Source: the human T2T-CHM13v2.0 reference genome, Homo sapiens. From it: a stretch of DNA of 64,000 nt. The stretch covers positions 16,288,001-16,352,000 of the forward strand of contig CP086569.2 in the NCBI GenBank assembly GCA_009914755.4. Reading direction: 5' to 3'. The notes beneath the pieces were generated by a model that worked only from the letters and a program-made list of their open reading frames with translations, was not told the DNA's origin and ran no database searches. Below, in pieces: positions 1 to 11,805 of this stretch. Positions within the stretch are counted from its first letter, which is position 1; each line of letters starts with the position of its first letter. The translations under genes and the position numbers were made by a program.

Positions 1-269
1 TTCAGGAGCACCAAGAAGAGGCTTAGTTTTGAGACTGAGGAAAAGAGGACAAACTATGTATGCCCTGCACTACTCTTTAAAGTTGAGTTACAAATCTGAT
101 TGCTAATATTCCCAAACCATCCTGCAAACAGCAAGGCAATCGCACCTGGTGTGAGCACAGCTGTGGGGAACACTTCCCCTTAACTTCCTTTGGTTTTCTT
201 CCATCAGCTCCTCTTTGGACATCGGGAGCTGCAAGATGGGTATCTGTGCTGCCTCTAATGCAATCTTAC

Positions 270-359
270 CCATAACCAGGGACTTTATATCCCAGCTGTA
301 TTTCTCATCATAGTGATCACATATTTCTTCAAACACCACTGAGTACAGCCATTCAGTAT
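270..359 (-). CDS. Candidate internal coding exon (90 nt, phase 1) of an unidentified host gene. It translates to [31 protein letters not shown].
   Basis: On the minus strand there is a strong pyrimidine tract followed by cag directly upstream (plus coordinates 360-380 read tgcagaaaaataaagacacaaaga). A canonical GTAAGA donor follows immediately downstream (plus coordinates 265-269). The reading frame is open across the whole interval. I do not recognise the protein. Confidence 0.25.
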
Positions 360-2064
360 CTGCAGAAAAATAAAGACACAAAGACAGAGATTTTTAGAGT
401 GCATATAAGAGTAAGTTTGTATCAAGTCAGCAAAAACACACTGTGTAGGTAGCATCCTATGAACAGAGGTTTTCATGGTGACCTAAGTGAACAGGAGAAA
501 GGTTTGCAGGTCATTCTCACTAAATTATACTGTGGGCATCCTCCTCTCAAGGCTGCTGGAATTATGTCTGGAGTTGTGATCTGCAAATGTGGAACTCAGG
601 AGAGAAATGAAATCTGTATTATTGTGTTTTCTGTTCAAATGTACATATTTAATCTAAATATGTCCTTGGAATGGTCAATTCCATCTGATAGCACAAGGCA
701 TCATTACTTGGTGTTCCCAACAACATGGAAACCACCATCAACTGACAAAGTCCACTGTATGGCCCAGTAGTATTAAGGACATTTCCACTGCCCAGTGGAA
801 TGAGTCCCCACCATGTCTGGCCAGGATGCTGCTGTGAAGCTCCCAGGTGAGAGCAGAATATTTAGGATGGTGAAAGCTGACCTGAGAATTAACTCCCGGC
901 TCGGCACTTACTTGAAGCACAGCCTCAGAAACACAGTAGAACTGCAGGTGACTCCTTCCCTCATGTTTACACAAGGTGGACAGGAATACTGCTAATAATA
1001 ACACCAGTACCACTAATATAGGCTACATTACACTACATACAATATAATAACTAGTACTAGCTCACACCCATTTCTATTCATGTGTTTTTTCTGTATGTAT
1101 ATTTAATATATACATAGTATCAATTGCACTCATATTACCAATAAGAATACTACTGAGGATGCTACTACAGTGAAATAATCCTACTTTACAGAATTAATAC
1201 TTCAGGGCACATAAGTAACATTCTAGTGCCAGCCTGCTAGGGCATACTTGTTACACACTAGCTGTCTTCCCCACTCTTACTGTCTCCAGTGTGGGCCTAG
1301 AAAGATTACTTTACTGAAGAACCAACTAACTGACCTGCTAGGAGGCATTATGCCAAAAAAATAAAATAAAAAGAAAAAGAAATACTTTAACACAGAGGAA
1401 TGTCTACCAAGTGGAATTTCAAAACCAGGTAAGCTCCATGGAGCTGAGTGTTGCCTGGTGACAATCCCCCCAAGACCCCAGTGAAGGCAGAAGGCTGTCC
1501 TGAGGCTTGGGCAGAGCCCTTGTCTTCTAGTCTGTGGTGGCACAGAGGCAGTCCCTGAACCTGAGAGGCTGGGAATAGTCCTGTTTACACCTGATTTAAA
1601 AAGAAGACACACAGATGCATCTGACAAAAATCTGAATTCAAATTCAGTTAGAAGACTGGCCACCTGTCCTAGATTTAGCACGGAAACCTTCCCATGGGGT
1701 GTGGAGCAGCATTAGCAGGATGTAGTCTACCCTGAATCTGTACAGCTGTACCCAACAAGACCTGAAAAGAGCAGGTGATCTCAATGGCCTTTAACTGTCC
1801 CACAATGACAGAAACAAATATAATAATCATCCCTAAATACTACTTTTTTTTCCCCATAAGATAGTATCTGGGAGACATAGGACACACTGAGGGAAGTAAT
1901 GTGTATGCACAGAGAAGGCTGTGTGTATCCAAGAGGCATATAAGTCTTCCTACTCCTGTGTATGTTCACATGCTTACATGCACATAGGCATGCATGCTTG
2001 TCTCTAATTGCTTCAACACATTTTGAAAGTTGGCAGGGTATGAATAGCTATTAAAAGAGTTATG

Positions 2065-2355
2065 GGCTAGGTGGGGTGGCTCATGTCTATAATCACAGTA
2101 CTTTCATAGGCTGAGGCAGATGGATTGACTGAGCTCAGTAGCATAAGACCAGCCTGGGCAACATAGCAAAACCCTGTCTGTGTTAAAAATATAAAAAAAC
2201 TAGCTGGACTGCTGGCACATGTTGGTAATCCCAGCTACTCAGGAGGCTGAGGCAGGAGAATCACTTGAACCTAGGAGGTTGCAGTGAGCTGAGATCATGC
2301 CATTGCACTTCAGCCTAGGTGACAGAGTGAGATTCTTTTAGAAGAAAAAAAAAAG
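2065..2355 (+). mobile_element. Alu SINE, full length with poly-A tail
   Basis: It starts ggctaggtggggtggctcatgtctataatcacag and ends ...cagcctaggtgacagagtgagattc followed by A-run. This is the canonical dimeric Alu structure. Confidence 0.9.
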
Positions 2356-3177
2356 TTATGGCAGGTTTTAATTCCAAAATATCTGCTACTCTCAGAAAAG
2401 CATGCAGAGGGCTGCCTGCCGGGCAGTGTGGGATTCACTGTGTCAGGCATGGAGGAGGCCGGGAAGGTCTCTTGTCAGCCCTCCCACAATGGTAGGGCTA
2501 CCTGTGCTTTGTCTCCTGCATCTTTCTCACAGGAAGTGATGGTCATCTGTATAGACACATGGCCTGGGCAGGCAACGATATCCACCACCTATTTACAAAA
2601 TTCCTGAATGTACCAAGAGCAGAGTGCTGCTGTCTCAAGAAAGACATTTCTCATGTGGCCCTGTACCCTGTCACTTCAACAGCATCCAAACTGTATCTCT
2701 TGGCAGCTCCTGTAGTATTTTTCTAGGGCTCTTGCCACCTTGTACTCAGAGGTCTGGGCTTGTTGATTGCTCTGACTGTCACGGTGTGGACTTTGCCTCT
2801 GTGTGTGCTTCTCTCCTTGTCCCAGGGCTCACCGCACTTGCCTAGTGAACCAGCTCTTCCTCCTTGGGATGGGGCTGAGGCTGAGCCCAGTCTGCCCTGT
2901 GGACAGTGAGAGGCTGGTTGTTGTGGACAGGTCTCTTCCTTGGGCTTTTTGGTGTCCACTGCCCTGCACTCCCCATCCTCCTTCCTCCTCCTGAGCACTG
3001 ACCCCTTCTGTGGCCCTCTTTCCTGGGCTCTTTGCCTCTTTATGGATACCCTGGCTTTGACTGCTACCAGCAACAAGAAGAGCCCTCCTCCATTCTTTCT
3101 CTGCTTTTCTTGGCAAATTCACCCATAGCTGCATGCCAGGTGCCACTTCATTGTCAGCCTGTAATATTTTTCTCCTT

Positions 3178-3324
3178 GCTTTTCTACCACAACTGTATTT
3201 TATTGTTTGTAGATATAGGAGCCATGACCTTTGGCTTAGGCTGGTCTCAAACTCGTGGGCTCAATTGATCCTCCAAAATAGGTCTCCCAGTGTTGGGATG
3301 AGGGCATGAGCCACCATGGCTGGC
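3178..3324 (-). mobile_element. Alu fragment (left monomer only), antisense
   Basis: The sequence ggctggtctcaaactcgtgggctcaattgatcctccaaaataggtctcccagtgttgggatgagggcatgagccaccatggctggcc is the reverse complement of the Alu 5' end. Confidence 0.8.
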
Positions 3325-4272
3325 CTTGAGCTGTATTTTATTAAGATTACTGTAAAACACACCAAACCTCAGAATCTCCACCATTCTGGATATTGGAGAT
3401 TGAGAAGGCCTGCTCCCTGAACTTTTCCTCACAATTTAGATAAAATCATCCTAAATTCATGGAATAATCAAGGATCTAAACAAGTAATTAAACTCCTCAG
3501 ATCAAATGATGACTACAGCCATTGATGATGGCACACTTAAAGGGACAGCGTTGTGAAAGGAAAAATGCTGAAATAAAATAAAGGAGGATAAAACAATTGC
3601 ACCAGCCATCAGATGTATATTCTTCCCTGCTTATTAACAAGCTTGCAGCTTTAACATTGCTTCAGTGTCCTTTTTGTCAGGAAAGGTCATATTGTTTTTA
3701 ACATGCTAGGGCCACATACACTACTACCCTCCTTAGGTGAGTTAGAAAATATCCCTTGTGACTGTGACCACTCCCCTCCTCCCAGCTGCAATCTGTGTGG
3801 CATGTTGAGAGCAGCTTCTGCAGCAGCTGCAAGGGCAACATGGGGAGGAGAGGGAAGCTCTGAAGAAGCTGCAGGCTGCCCCAGGCTGGTGGATGTTTTC
3901 AGCCTTAGAGGCAGTCAGAGTTCCCAGGGGGTTCATGGGAGGCATTGTGGGTTAAATTAATTCAATTGTTATGGAAAGGCTGGGCCTGGAGGAAGCCTAG
4001 GCCAATGGCCTACAAGTTTCTAAGGCGAAGGTTGGGTAATTGCAACAAAACAACTAACATCTCTTATAATTGGAAATGTACTTTAAATGCTTGCTAAGTC
4101 TACCCTGAGGCACAGTGGTCAATGTTTTACCCAATAAAGATATAAGATCCTGCTCTCAGGAAGCTGTATCTGCTTACCATGCAAATGGGTACCTATCTTC
4201 AATTTTGTAACTCTGAGTTGAGTTATTTAAGGGGAAAACACTTTAAGCCAACTGTCATTAAAGCATATATCT

Positions 4273-4627
4273 GGTGATACAGTTTGGCTGTGTCCCCACA
4301 TAAATCTCATCTCAAATTGTAATCCCCATGTGTGGAGGGAGGGAGGTGATTGGATCATTGGGGTGGTTTCCGCCATGCTGTTCTCATGATAGTGAGTTCT
4401 CACAATAACTTATGGTTTTATAAGTGTTTGCAAGTTCCCCCTTCCCCCTCTTTCTCCTGCTGCCTTGCAAAAAAAGTGGCTGCTTCCCATTCTGCCATGA
4501 TTGTAAGTTTCCTGAGGCCTCCCCAGCCATGTGGAACTGTGACTCTATTAAACCTCCTTCCCCTATAGAGTACCCAGTCTCAGGGAAGTTGTTTATAGCA
4601 GTGTGAGAATGAACTAACATTAATACA
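4273..4627 (+). mobile_element. MaLR solo LTR (THE1/MST-like)
   Basis: It starts tggtgatacagtttggctgtgtccccacataaatctcatctcaaattgtaatccccatgtgtggagggagg. Its 3' end reads gccatgattgtaagtttcctgaggcctccccagccatgtggaactgtgactctattaaacctcc...cagtgtgagaatgaactaacattaataca. This matches the THE1/MST consensus architecture. Confidence 0.85.
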
Positions 4628-5023
4628 TATGGGAAGGCCTGATTTTCCTCCTACCCCTATGTTCATACAAGACTTAGGTCTTTGGTAACCCAGGAGACCA
4701 GCAGAAAACTCTCAGCTCAGCTGCACACCCTGGGACAAGTTTGTTAGCCTGTCTGACCTACAGTGTCTGTTGGAGAAATGTATTTAATAAATAGCTGCTG
4801 GTCTGGAGAGGGGGGTAGCCTTAAACCTGGTGGGGGCGGGGGGTGAGATGCTCTAGGTGTGGGAGGTGGCAGGCAGCCCAAGGAATGAAGCCAGGCCCTC
4901 TAAAGCCCAGTGGCCTTACAGGAAATCCCAGCTCTGCAGCTTTCTAGCCAGAAACTTTGTAAGCTAGCAGCCCTGGGTAAAGCAACTATAAAATGAGGAT
5001 CCTAGTCATACTGCATGTCTTAT

Positions 5024-5611
5024 TGTGTCTGGAATTGGTGGGTTCTTGGTCTCACTGACTTCAAGAATGAAGCCACGGACACTTCCGGTGAGTGTTACAG
5101 TTCTTAAAGATGATGTGTCCGGAGTTGTTTGCTTCTGATATTTGGACCTGTCCAGAGTTTCTTCCTTCTGGTGTTTCATGGTCTCACTGACTTCAGGAGT
5201 GAAGCTGCAGACCTTCACAGTGAGTGTTACGGCTCCTAAAACAGCTCTTAAAGGCAGCACATGGACCAAAAGAGTCAGCAGCAGTGAGATTTATTGTGAA
5301 GAGTGAAAGAAAAAAGCTTCCACAGCATGGAAGTGGACCCCAGTGGGTTGCTGCTGCTGGCTCAGTTGGCCTGCTTTTATTCCCTTATCTGGCCACCACC
5401 ACCTCCTCCTGATTGGTCCATTTTACAGAGAGCTGACTGGTCCATTTTACAGAGAACTGATTGGTCCATTTTGACAGAGTGCTTATTGGTGTATTTACAA
5501 ACCTTTAGCTAGACACAGAGTTCTGATTGGTGCATTTATAATCCATTAGCTAGACAGACAATTTCTCCAAGTCTCCACTTGACCCAGAAGCACAGCCAGC
5601 TTCACCTCTCA
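5024..5611 (-). mobile_element. LTR12 (HERV9 3' LTR), about 590 bp
   Basis: Reverse complement of the LTR12 R/U5 region (cttaagaactgtaacactcacc...gaccaagaacccacc) plus three tandem units ctgattggtccattttacagaga at 5400-5480. Confidence 0.85.
5390..5570 (-). promoter_or_regulatory. Tandem CCAAT-box (NF-Y-type) repeat array in the LTR12 U3. Any promoter activity here would point leftward (minus strand).
   Basis: Repeated gattggtccattttacagag / ctgattggtgcatttataatcc units are visible (CCAAT on the minus strand). LTR12 U3 is known to carry NF-Y/Sp1-dependent promoter activity; that is established knowledge, not something seen in this sequence. Confidence 0.5.
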
Positions 5612-5668
5612 ATCACCCCTCTAAACAGGACACCACGACTGCTGTTGGGAATTTGGCCAACGACCACT

Positions 5669-5947
5669 CTAGCTACTTCCGGCTGGATGGGGGTGAAGAA
5701 GGGGTCCAGTGGGTTGGTAGAAGTTGTTAGTTAAACTCATTTGGGGTTTCATTTGTAAGGCCATCTGAAGCTTGATGGCCTCAATTCTAGAGGAAACAAA
5801 TTTGACAAGAGGGTTAAAAATACAGGGCCCAAAGGCTAGTAACAACAAGATGGCTGCCACAGGACATAGAAAGGGGAGAAGCCATGTTGCCCAACTCCAG
5901 AGGTTGGTATAAGAGTTTGAAAGGCATTGTCTAATTTCAGAAGACAT
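5669..5947 (-). pseudogene. HERV9 env TM C-terminal remnant (membrane-spanning region and cytoplasmic tail)
   Basis: The ORF ...LWSWATWLLPFLCPVAAILLLLAFGPCIFNPLVKFVSSRIEAIKLQMALQ... matches the env tail of the second HERV9 copy at 51.8-52.0 kb nearly residue for residue. Confidence 0.75.
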
Positions 5948-6759
5948 TTCCTGTAAATGCCAGGTGGCATCTCATACTATCCCTGACTGGTTAGTGTAAA
6001 AACAACTCTCTTCCCCTAAGAAGGTGCAGAGTACTCCTTTCTCAGCAGTGAGGAGGTCTAGGCCTTGGTGCTTTTGGAGAGGCACTGATGCAGAAGACTC
6101 TATTTGGGATTGTAGTTACTATCCTTACTGGATAGATTTTGTTATTTCTTGCAGACTGAGAAATCCTTTGAGAATGTGGTAGTAAGATAATGCATGTTAC
6201 ATTATTCATTTTTAGCAAATTTTACTTTAGTAGAAAACTTTGTAAGTTTGGGATTTTAATTTTTCTTTGCTATTAAAAAAACCTCATTCAGTCCATATTA
6301 ACTAAGAATTGGTATAGATGGCTCCGTCCTGATTCTGTAAGTACTTTAAGGTTTGGCTGAGTGCAAACAGCTAGCGCATTTGAGCAGACCAATTATTAGG
6401 CAATTTTCCTAACTCTGCTTCTATAAGAGTTTCCTTATCATTTACTCAATACCCATTGTGACTTTTTCCTTGATCACCTAGGAGGAACCATCTATCATCC
6501 AGTCCTGAAGGGAGTTCCTCCTATGTCTGGCCGGACCTCCAGATTTAGATCCCCTATTAGGAAATCTGCTGGGTTACGGATTTTTTATAGGAAGGGTACA
6601 GGTTGTCAGTGGCCTTAGTGCTTTCAGGCTATGCCCTTGTTTACACTGACAACAAAGTAGTTTTGGAGTGTTACAGAGTTACAGAGAAGACCTTCGATTA
6701 TCAATTATAGGTTTTAAATTCAGCTTGGCTTTTAAAGTAATAGGGTGCACTATTATTTT

Positions 6760-6960
6760 CTTTACTATTTCCATTTCTCTTTCTTTCTCTTTGACTTTCT
6801 GTCTCTCTCTGACTCCTTTTTCTCTGTCTCTTCCTCTCTCTCTGTGTCTTTGTTTCTGCCTCTCTCTCTCTCTTTCTTTCTCTTTCTCTGTTTCCTTCTG
6901 CCTTTGACTTTGTCTCTCTCTTTCTCTCTGTTGTTCTTTCCCTGTCACTGCCAGCCATTT
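6760..6960. repeat. Pyrimidine-rich (TC)n/(TCTCTT)n low-complexity tract, about 200 bp, lying where HERV9 env has been deleted
   Basis: Runs such as tctctttctttctctttgactttctgtctctctctgactcc...ctctctctctctttctttctctttctctg are visible. The ORF-track peptides here (RERERQ..., LSLSLS...) are low-complexity translation artefacts. Confidence 0.85.
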
Positions 6961-7000
6961 ACACTGCTGTTCTCCCTTCTCCTTCCCCTTTTTGATAGCT

Positions 7001-7237
7001 TCAGCAGTGTAAGACTGCCACCTCCTTGGGTTTTTGCACTATGTGCAATAACTCTATGATTTTCTTGTGGTATTTAGTAGCGGTTCCCCCAGAGGTTAGG
7101 GACTTTCTTTCTTTCCATATTGCAGCATGGGCACATAGGATTAGATAAGCATACTTGCTATCTGTATACACATTTATTCTTCTTCCATTTCCCAGTTCTA
7201 AGGCTCGGATAAGTACCATTAGTTCTGTTAACTGCAT
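7001..7237 (-). pseudogene. HERV9 pol RNase H remnant
   Basis: The ORF MQLTELMVLIRALELGNGRRINVYTDSKYAY...IWKERKSLTSGG has the gamma-retroviral RNase H pattern (AELxAL...YTDSxYA...W). Confidence 0.7.
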
Positions 7238-7603
7238 GCTGGTCCTTGGGGGAAGAGGCTTACTTTCAAGTACAGTTACATCACTAACTATGGCATAACC
7301 TGTCTTTCATGTCCCATTCTCCACAAATGAACTTCCATTGATATATAGGTTAAGGTCAGGATTAGCTAAGGGGACTTCTAAGAGACTATTTTGAGCGGCA
7401 TAAATCTGGACTATATTTTGTTGGCAGTCATGCTCGATTGGTTCGCCAGCCTCTGGGAGAAAAGTGGCAGGGTTGAGGGCCACACATATACATATTTGAA
7501 GCACCAGTCCCTCAAGGAGTAGCACCTGTTATCTAAGCAGGCAGTTGTCTGATAGCCATAAACTTCCTTTGGCACCTAGTAAACCATTTTCATCATGAGT
7601 AGT

Positions 7604-8352
7604 TCAGACAGTGAGATCCTTTCCTTGTGTTATTTTGATAGCCTCTGACACTAAGACAACCACCAACACAACTATCCTTAAACAGTGAGGCCAGCCTTTT
7701 GCTACTAAATCAATTTCCTTACTCAAGTATGCCACTGGTTGTGGGGTTGTCCCAGGAGTCTGAGTAAGGACTCCAAGAGCTATCCCTGCTCCCTCTCTGA
7801 CATATAGAGAGAAGCTTTGTCTTATGGGAAGGCTTAAAGTTGGAGCAGGTACTAGGGCCTGCTTTAAGGTTTTGAAGGCTGTTTCTGCCCCTGGTTCCCA
7901 TTCTACTAGTTGAGTATTTGCCCATTGGGTCTCCTTGATTAGAGTATAGAGGGGTCTGCTTATCTCGCTGTATCCAGGGATCCATAGTTGGCAAAACCCA
8001 GTGATTCCAAAGAATCCCCACAGCTGTTTAATATCTCTGGGCAAGGATAAGCCAGTATAGACTGTATTCACTCCTTGCTGAGAGCCTTGGTTCCTCTGGC
8101 TAAGATTAGGCCTAGATATTTTGCCTGTCACAAGCAAAGCTGGGCCTTCAACCTAGATGTCTTGTACCCTTGATTAGCTAAAAAGTCCAAGAGCTCTAGA
8201 GTAGCCTGCTGGCATGGAGCTTCTGAAATGGCAGCCAAAAGTAAATCATCCACATATTGATGTACCAGAGTTCCTAGACTTGAGAAGTGGCATAGATCTT
8301 GGGCCAGTGTCTGACCAAACAGGTGAGACCTGTCCCTAAACCCTTGGGGCAA
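7604..8352 (-). pseudogene. HERV9 pol reverse transcriptase remnant (two overlapping ORFs)
   Basis: A YVDDLLLA motif is present (8128-8352 ORF: ...LVHQYVDDLLLAAISE...). The downstream ORF (7604-8137) ...LWGFFGITGFCQLWIPGYSEISRPLY... has the MLV-like thumb/connection signature (LGxxGYCRxWIPxF). Confidence 0.85.
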
Positions 8353-8744
8353 GACTGTCCACGTAATTTGGGATGTGTGGTATGTGAGATCCTCAAAGGC
8401 AAAGAGAAACTGGGAGTCGGAGTGTGGGGGAATACAGAAGAAGGCATCCTTGAGCTCCAGAACAGTGAACCATTATGCTTCCTCAGGTATTTGAGAGAGC
8501 AGGATATAGGGGTTCGATACACCTGGATATGGAGGAATTAGTACCTCATTGATGAGTCTAAGATGTTGCACTAGTCTCCATTGACCATTCGGTCCTTGTA
8601 CTCCAAGAATTGGGGTGTCACCAGGACTGCTGCATTTCCTTACTAAGACTTGAGCTTTTAAATGTTTAACAATATCCTGGAATCCTTTATGAACTTCAGG
8701 CCTTAAGGGATACTGCCTTTGATAAGGAAAACTGATGGGATATT

Positions 8745-8936
8745 TTAGCCTGATTTGACTGTGTAGGCATTTTTTGCCCTTCCAAATTGTCCTTCCAATA
8801 CCCAGAATTCAGGGTTGATTCCCTCCTCAAGTAGGGGACAACAAATGGGTAAATTGCTCCCCATATTCATGTAAATAATAGCTCCATGTTTGACTAATAT
8901 GTCTCTCCCTAATAAGGGTGTGGGACTTTCAGGCAT
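8745..8936 (-). pseudogene. HERV9 protease remnant
   Basis: LLGRDIL motif (retroviral aspartic protease flap / C-terminal region) in ORF MPESPTPLLGRDILVKHGAIIYMNMG. Confidence 0.6.
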
Positions 8937-9580
8937 AACAAGAAAGGCATGTGAAGAGAGTAAAGTCTCCCAATTAAAACTGAGGAGGTGAGAGAAATAC
9001 CTGGTTACAGGCTGTCTCAGGATTCCTCAGATTGTAACGGATCTTGACAGGAGATTAGCACTGAGAAGGCTGTGCCAGTGTCAAGGAGGAAGTAAATTTC
9101 CTGGCCCTCAGTGGTTCAGTGTACCTGGGGCTCAGTGAGGGTCATGACATGAGCTGTTGCTTGCCCTGGACACCCTCAGTCCTGTTGTTGGATCATCTGG
9201 TTGGGAGCTTCTGACCCAGAGAACCTTTGTCTTCTGGGGCAGTGCACCTTCCAGTGATTGCCTTGGCATAACAGACATGGATGAGGGGGCAGCTTATTTC
9301 TCACTGGACAATCTTTTAAAGTGTACTTGTAAACCACACAGATAACAAGCCCTATCAGGTGATTGGCCTACTCCATTTTCTGTCCTCTCTGAACCACCAA
9401 GTTTGGTTGTCTGAGGGCCATGACTAAGGCTGTGGTCTTTCTCTGATCTTGCTTTTCCATTTGGGCCTGTTTCTCTTGGTCCCTATTATAAAACACCAAG
9501 GTTGCCAAGTTTAATAATGCCTCCAGATTTTGTTCAGGGCTCAGGGCTTGCTTTTCAAGCTTTCTCCTGATATCTGTGGC

Positions 9581-10129
9581 TCACTGGGTAATAAACTTAT
9601 CTTTTAGAATCAATTGACACTCAAGTGATTCAGGTGACAGGGGAGTATATTTTCTTAAGGCATCCTGTAGCCACTTGAGGAAGGGAGAAGGATTTTCTTC
9701 CTTTCTCTGAGTTATGGTGGACATCATTGAATAATTCATGGGCTTTTTTCTAATTCTCCTTAGTCCTTCTAGAACACAGGTCAACAGATGTTTACAACTC
9801 CAGGCCCCATGATCTGAGGCAAGTTCACAGTGGGGATCTATACTGGAGATGGCTTGCTGACTGGTAGGGAATTTGTCCCTTTCTTCAGCTGTCATTCTAT
9901 CATTCACTTGACTATGATACCATGTATCCCCAAACTCTCAGGCTGCAGCTAAAGCTGCATTCTTTTCATTAAAGGCCAGGGTTTGATCTAACAATAACAT
10001 GACATCTCTCCAAGTGAGATTGAAGGCTTGCCCTGGACCCTGTAGGACATCTATGTACCTATCAGGATCATCTGCAAACTTCCCCAGGTCTGCCCTTATC
10101 TGCTTTAAATCAGAGAGAGAGAAAGGCAC
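9581..10129 (-). pseudogene. HERV9 gag capsid remnant (two ORFs)
   Basis: The ORF 9938-10129, MPFSLSDLKQIRADLGKFADDPDRYIDVLQG...TWRDVMLLLDQTL, is a gamma-retroviral CA N-terminus pattern. The ORF 9581-9907 continues CA. Confidence 0.7.
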
Positions 10130-10295
10130 ATGTACCCAGGTTGGGCCAAATTCTCATCCCCCTGTAACTTAAAGGGGACAGAACAGATAGCCCAGGGAGT
10201 TTTGTGGTCCTTTGGATATTTCTTTGCTTATTTCCTTCTGGGAAGGGGAGATTAGAGGAGAATTATCATTAATAGGAAGGGGTGCTATAGGGAGG

Positions 10296-10592
10296 CTAGG
10301 ATATAGGGGTAAGCCGAGAGGTCCTCCTGTGGGATGTAAATTGCAAGCTTAGCATAGTTGTAGATTCTCCTTCAGTGAAAAGAGCTTGGACATAAAGTAT
10401 TTCACTCCAATTGCCTTCCCTCTTACAGAAAATGTCAAGCTGCAGGATAGTATTGTAATTTATACTTCCCTCAGGTGGCCATTTTTCCCCATCAGAGAGA
10501 GAATATTGGGGCCAGGCCATAGTGCAGAAAAAAATGAGCCACCTCTTTTTCAGGGTTTCTGGGTCAATTGGTCCCAATGGCTTAGAAGGCAT
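10296..10592 (-). pseudogene. HERV9 gag matrix remnant
   Basis: The ORF contains [46 protein letters not shown]. This is a class-I ERV MA pattern (WPxF..GWPPEG..N..IL.L..FC...GKW.EIPYVQAFF). Confidence 0.65.
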
Positions 10593-11784
10593 ATCAAAAG
10601 TGAGCCTGTTGATTTCTGAGTGTTTCCCATCTGAAAGAAAAAACTATCTACAGTGTTGATTTGTTTTATTTCTCCCCTGACCAAGAATCTGCAATGGTCC
10701 CTGGACCCTGCTGATCGGAGAGTTGCACTCACCAACACAGAAGAAGAAACATTAATTTTCCTCTTAGACCACAAAGAGGGCCAAGGAAGGTCGGATTGAG
10801 TGGCCCTTACTGACACATTCTTGAAAAGCTGCACCCTTGCCTGTCCTCCTAGACCACAAAGAGGACCTAGAAAAAAATTGTATTTATTGGCCTTTACTGA
10901 TGCATTCTCCAAAACCTGTTAGAGTCCTAAGCATTCCCTTGTTAGTATTGGGACCTTCCCTGTGTCCTATAAAGATGCTATTCTCCAAAAATGAAGTGGA
11001 GGGCCATACCCTGAGGGAGGGAAGGGATCTCCAAGGTTCAAAGAGTAAAATCTTTTGTCCTCATTTGTATAGGAAGGATATCATTTCTGAAGCTCCCAAT
11101 AGCCTAGCTTCAGGAATGGCTCTTGTTAGGCCTGCTTGTCTGAGGAGGGACCCTAAAATTCCAGATAGTCCCCCCTACAATGGGGCTCTGGGCAAAAATT
11201 ATGATTTTCTGATTGGTGAGCCCAAGTGCCTAAAGAAGGTAACAGACTCCTGAAGATTATACTGGAAATCATTCTTACAGGAGAAACTAGAAATGCACCA
11301 GAGAGAGGGAGTGGTTTTTACAAGCAGGGCTAGCCTTGGAGAAGAGAGGTGAGAGGAAGTTTGTCTGAAAGGCATTAGGATCCAGGCAGCAAGGGTCAGG
11401 ATAGATAGGATATATGGGTGAGTCTCACTTGGGCAACATGACTTTGAGAGTTCCGCTCATGGCCACAGGGTCAACCAACTTGTTGTCAGGACCCCAGAGC
11501 TGAATGGTTTTCCTCTTTGTCAACCCTCAGCTCAGCCCAGAAGTACAGGAAAAGCAGAAGCTGGTTCCAGGCAAACCAACCCTCCCAACCCTGAAGAGTG
11601 AGGAGTTGTTAGAGAGCCCTTTCCCAGAAAGCCTGACACCCATATCTTTAGTCCGGTGACCACACTAGTCACATTTAACTGACAGACAGATGCCCGGTAT
11701 TTAGCCCCCAAATTCTAAGGAAAAATAGGACAGAATAGCAAGCAAAAGGGTTCTGATGGTGCTTACTGCTCAGCAATAGTCGAT

Positions 11785-11802
11785 TTCCCTTCATGGTTGC
11801 CA
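11785..11802 (-). promoter_or_regulatory. Primer-binding site of the HERV9 provirus (TGGCAACCATGAAGGGAA on the minus strand)
   Basis: A TGG-initiated 18-mer lies immediately internal to the U5 end of the 5' LTR (...ccaatttcagacaca | tttTGGCAACCATGAAGGGAA). Confidence 0.55.
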
Positions 11803-11805
11803 AAA

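Noticed and set aside
1277-1681. 134-aa minus-strand ORF in unique-looking DNA
   Set aside because: It has no recognisable domain, contains a homopolymer-derived FFFFLFYFF stretch (from the A-rich run at about 1350), and has no flanking splice-site context. It is most likely a random ORF.
6668-7059. ORFs of 79-104 aa encoding RERERQK... or LSLSLSF... peptides
   Set aside because: These are translations of the (TC)n/(GA)n low-complexity tract in different frames, with no protein-coding meaning.
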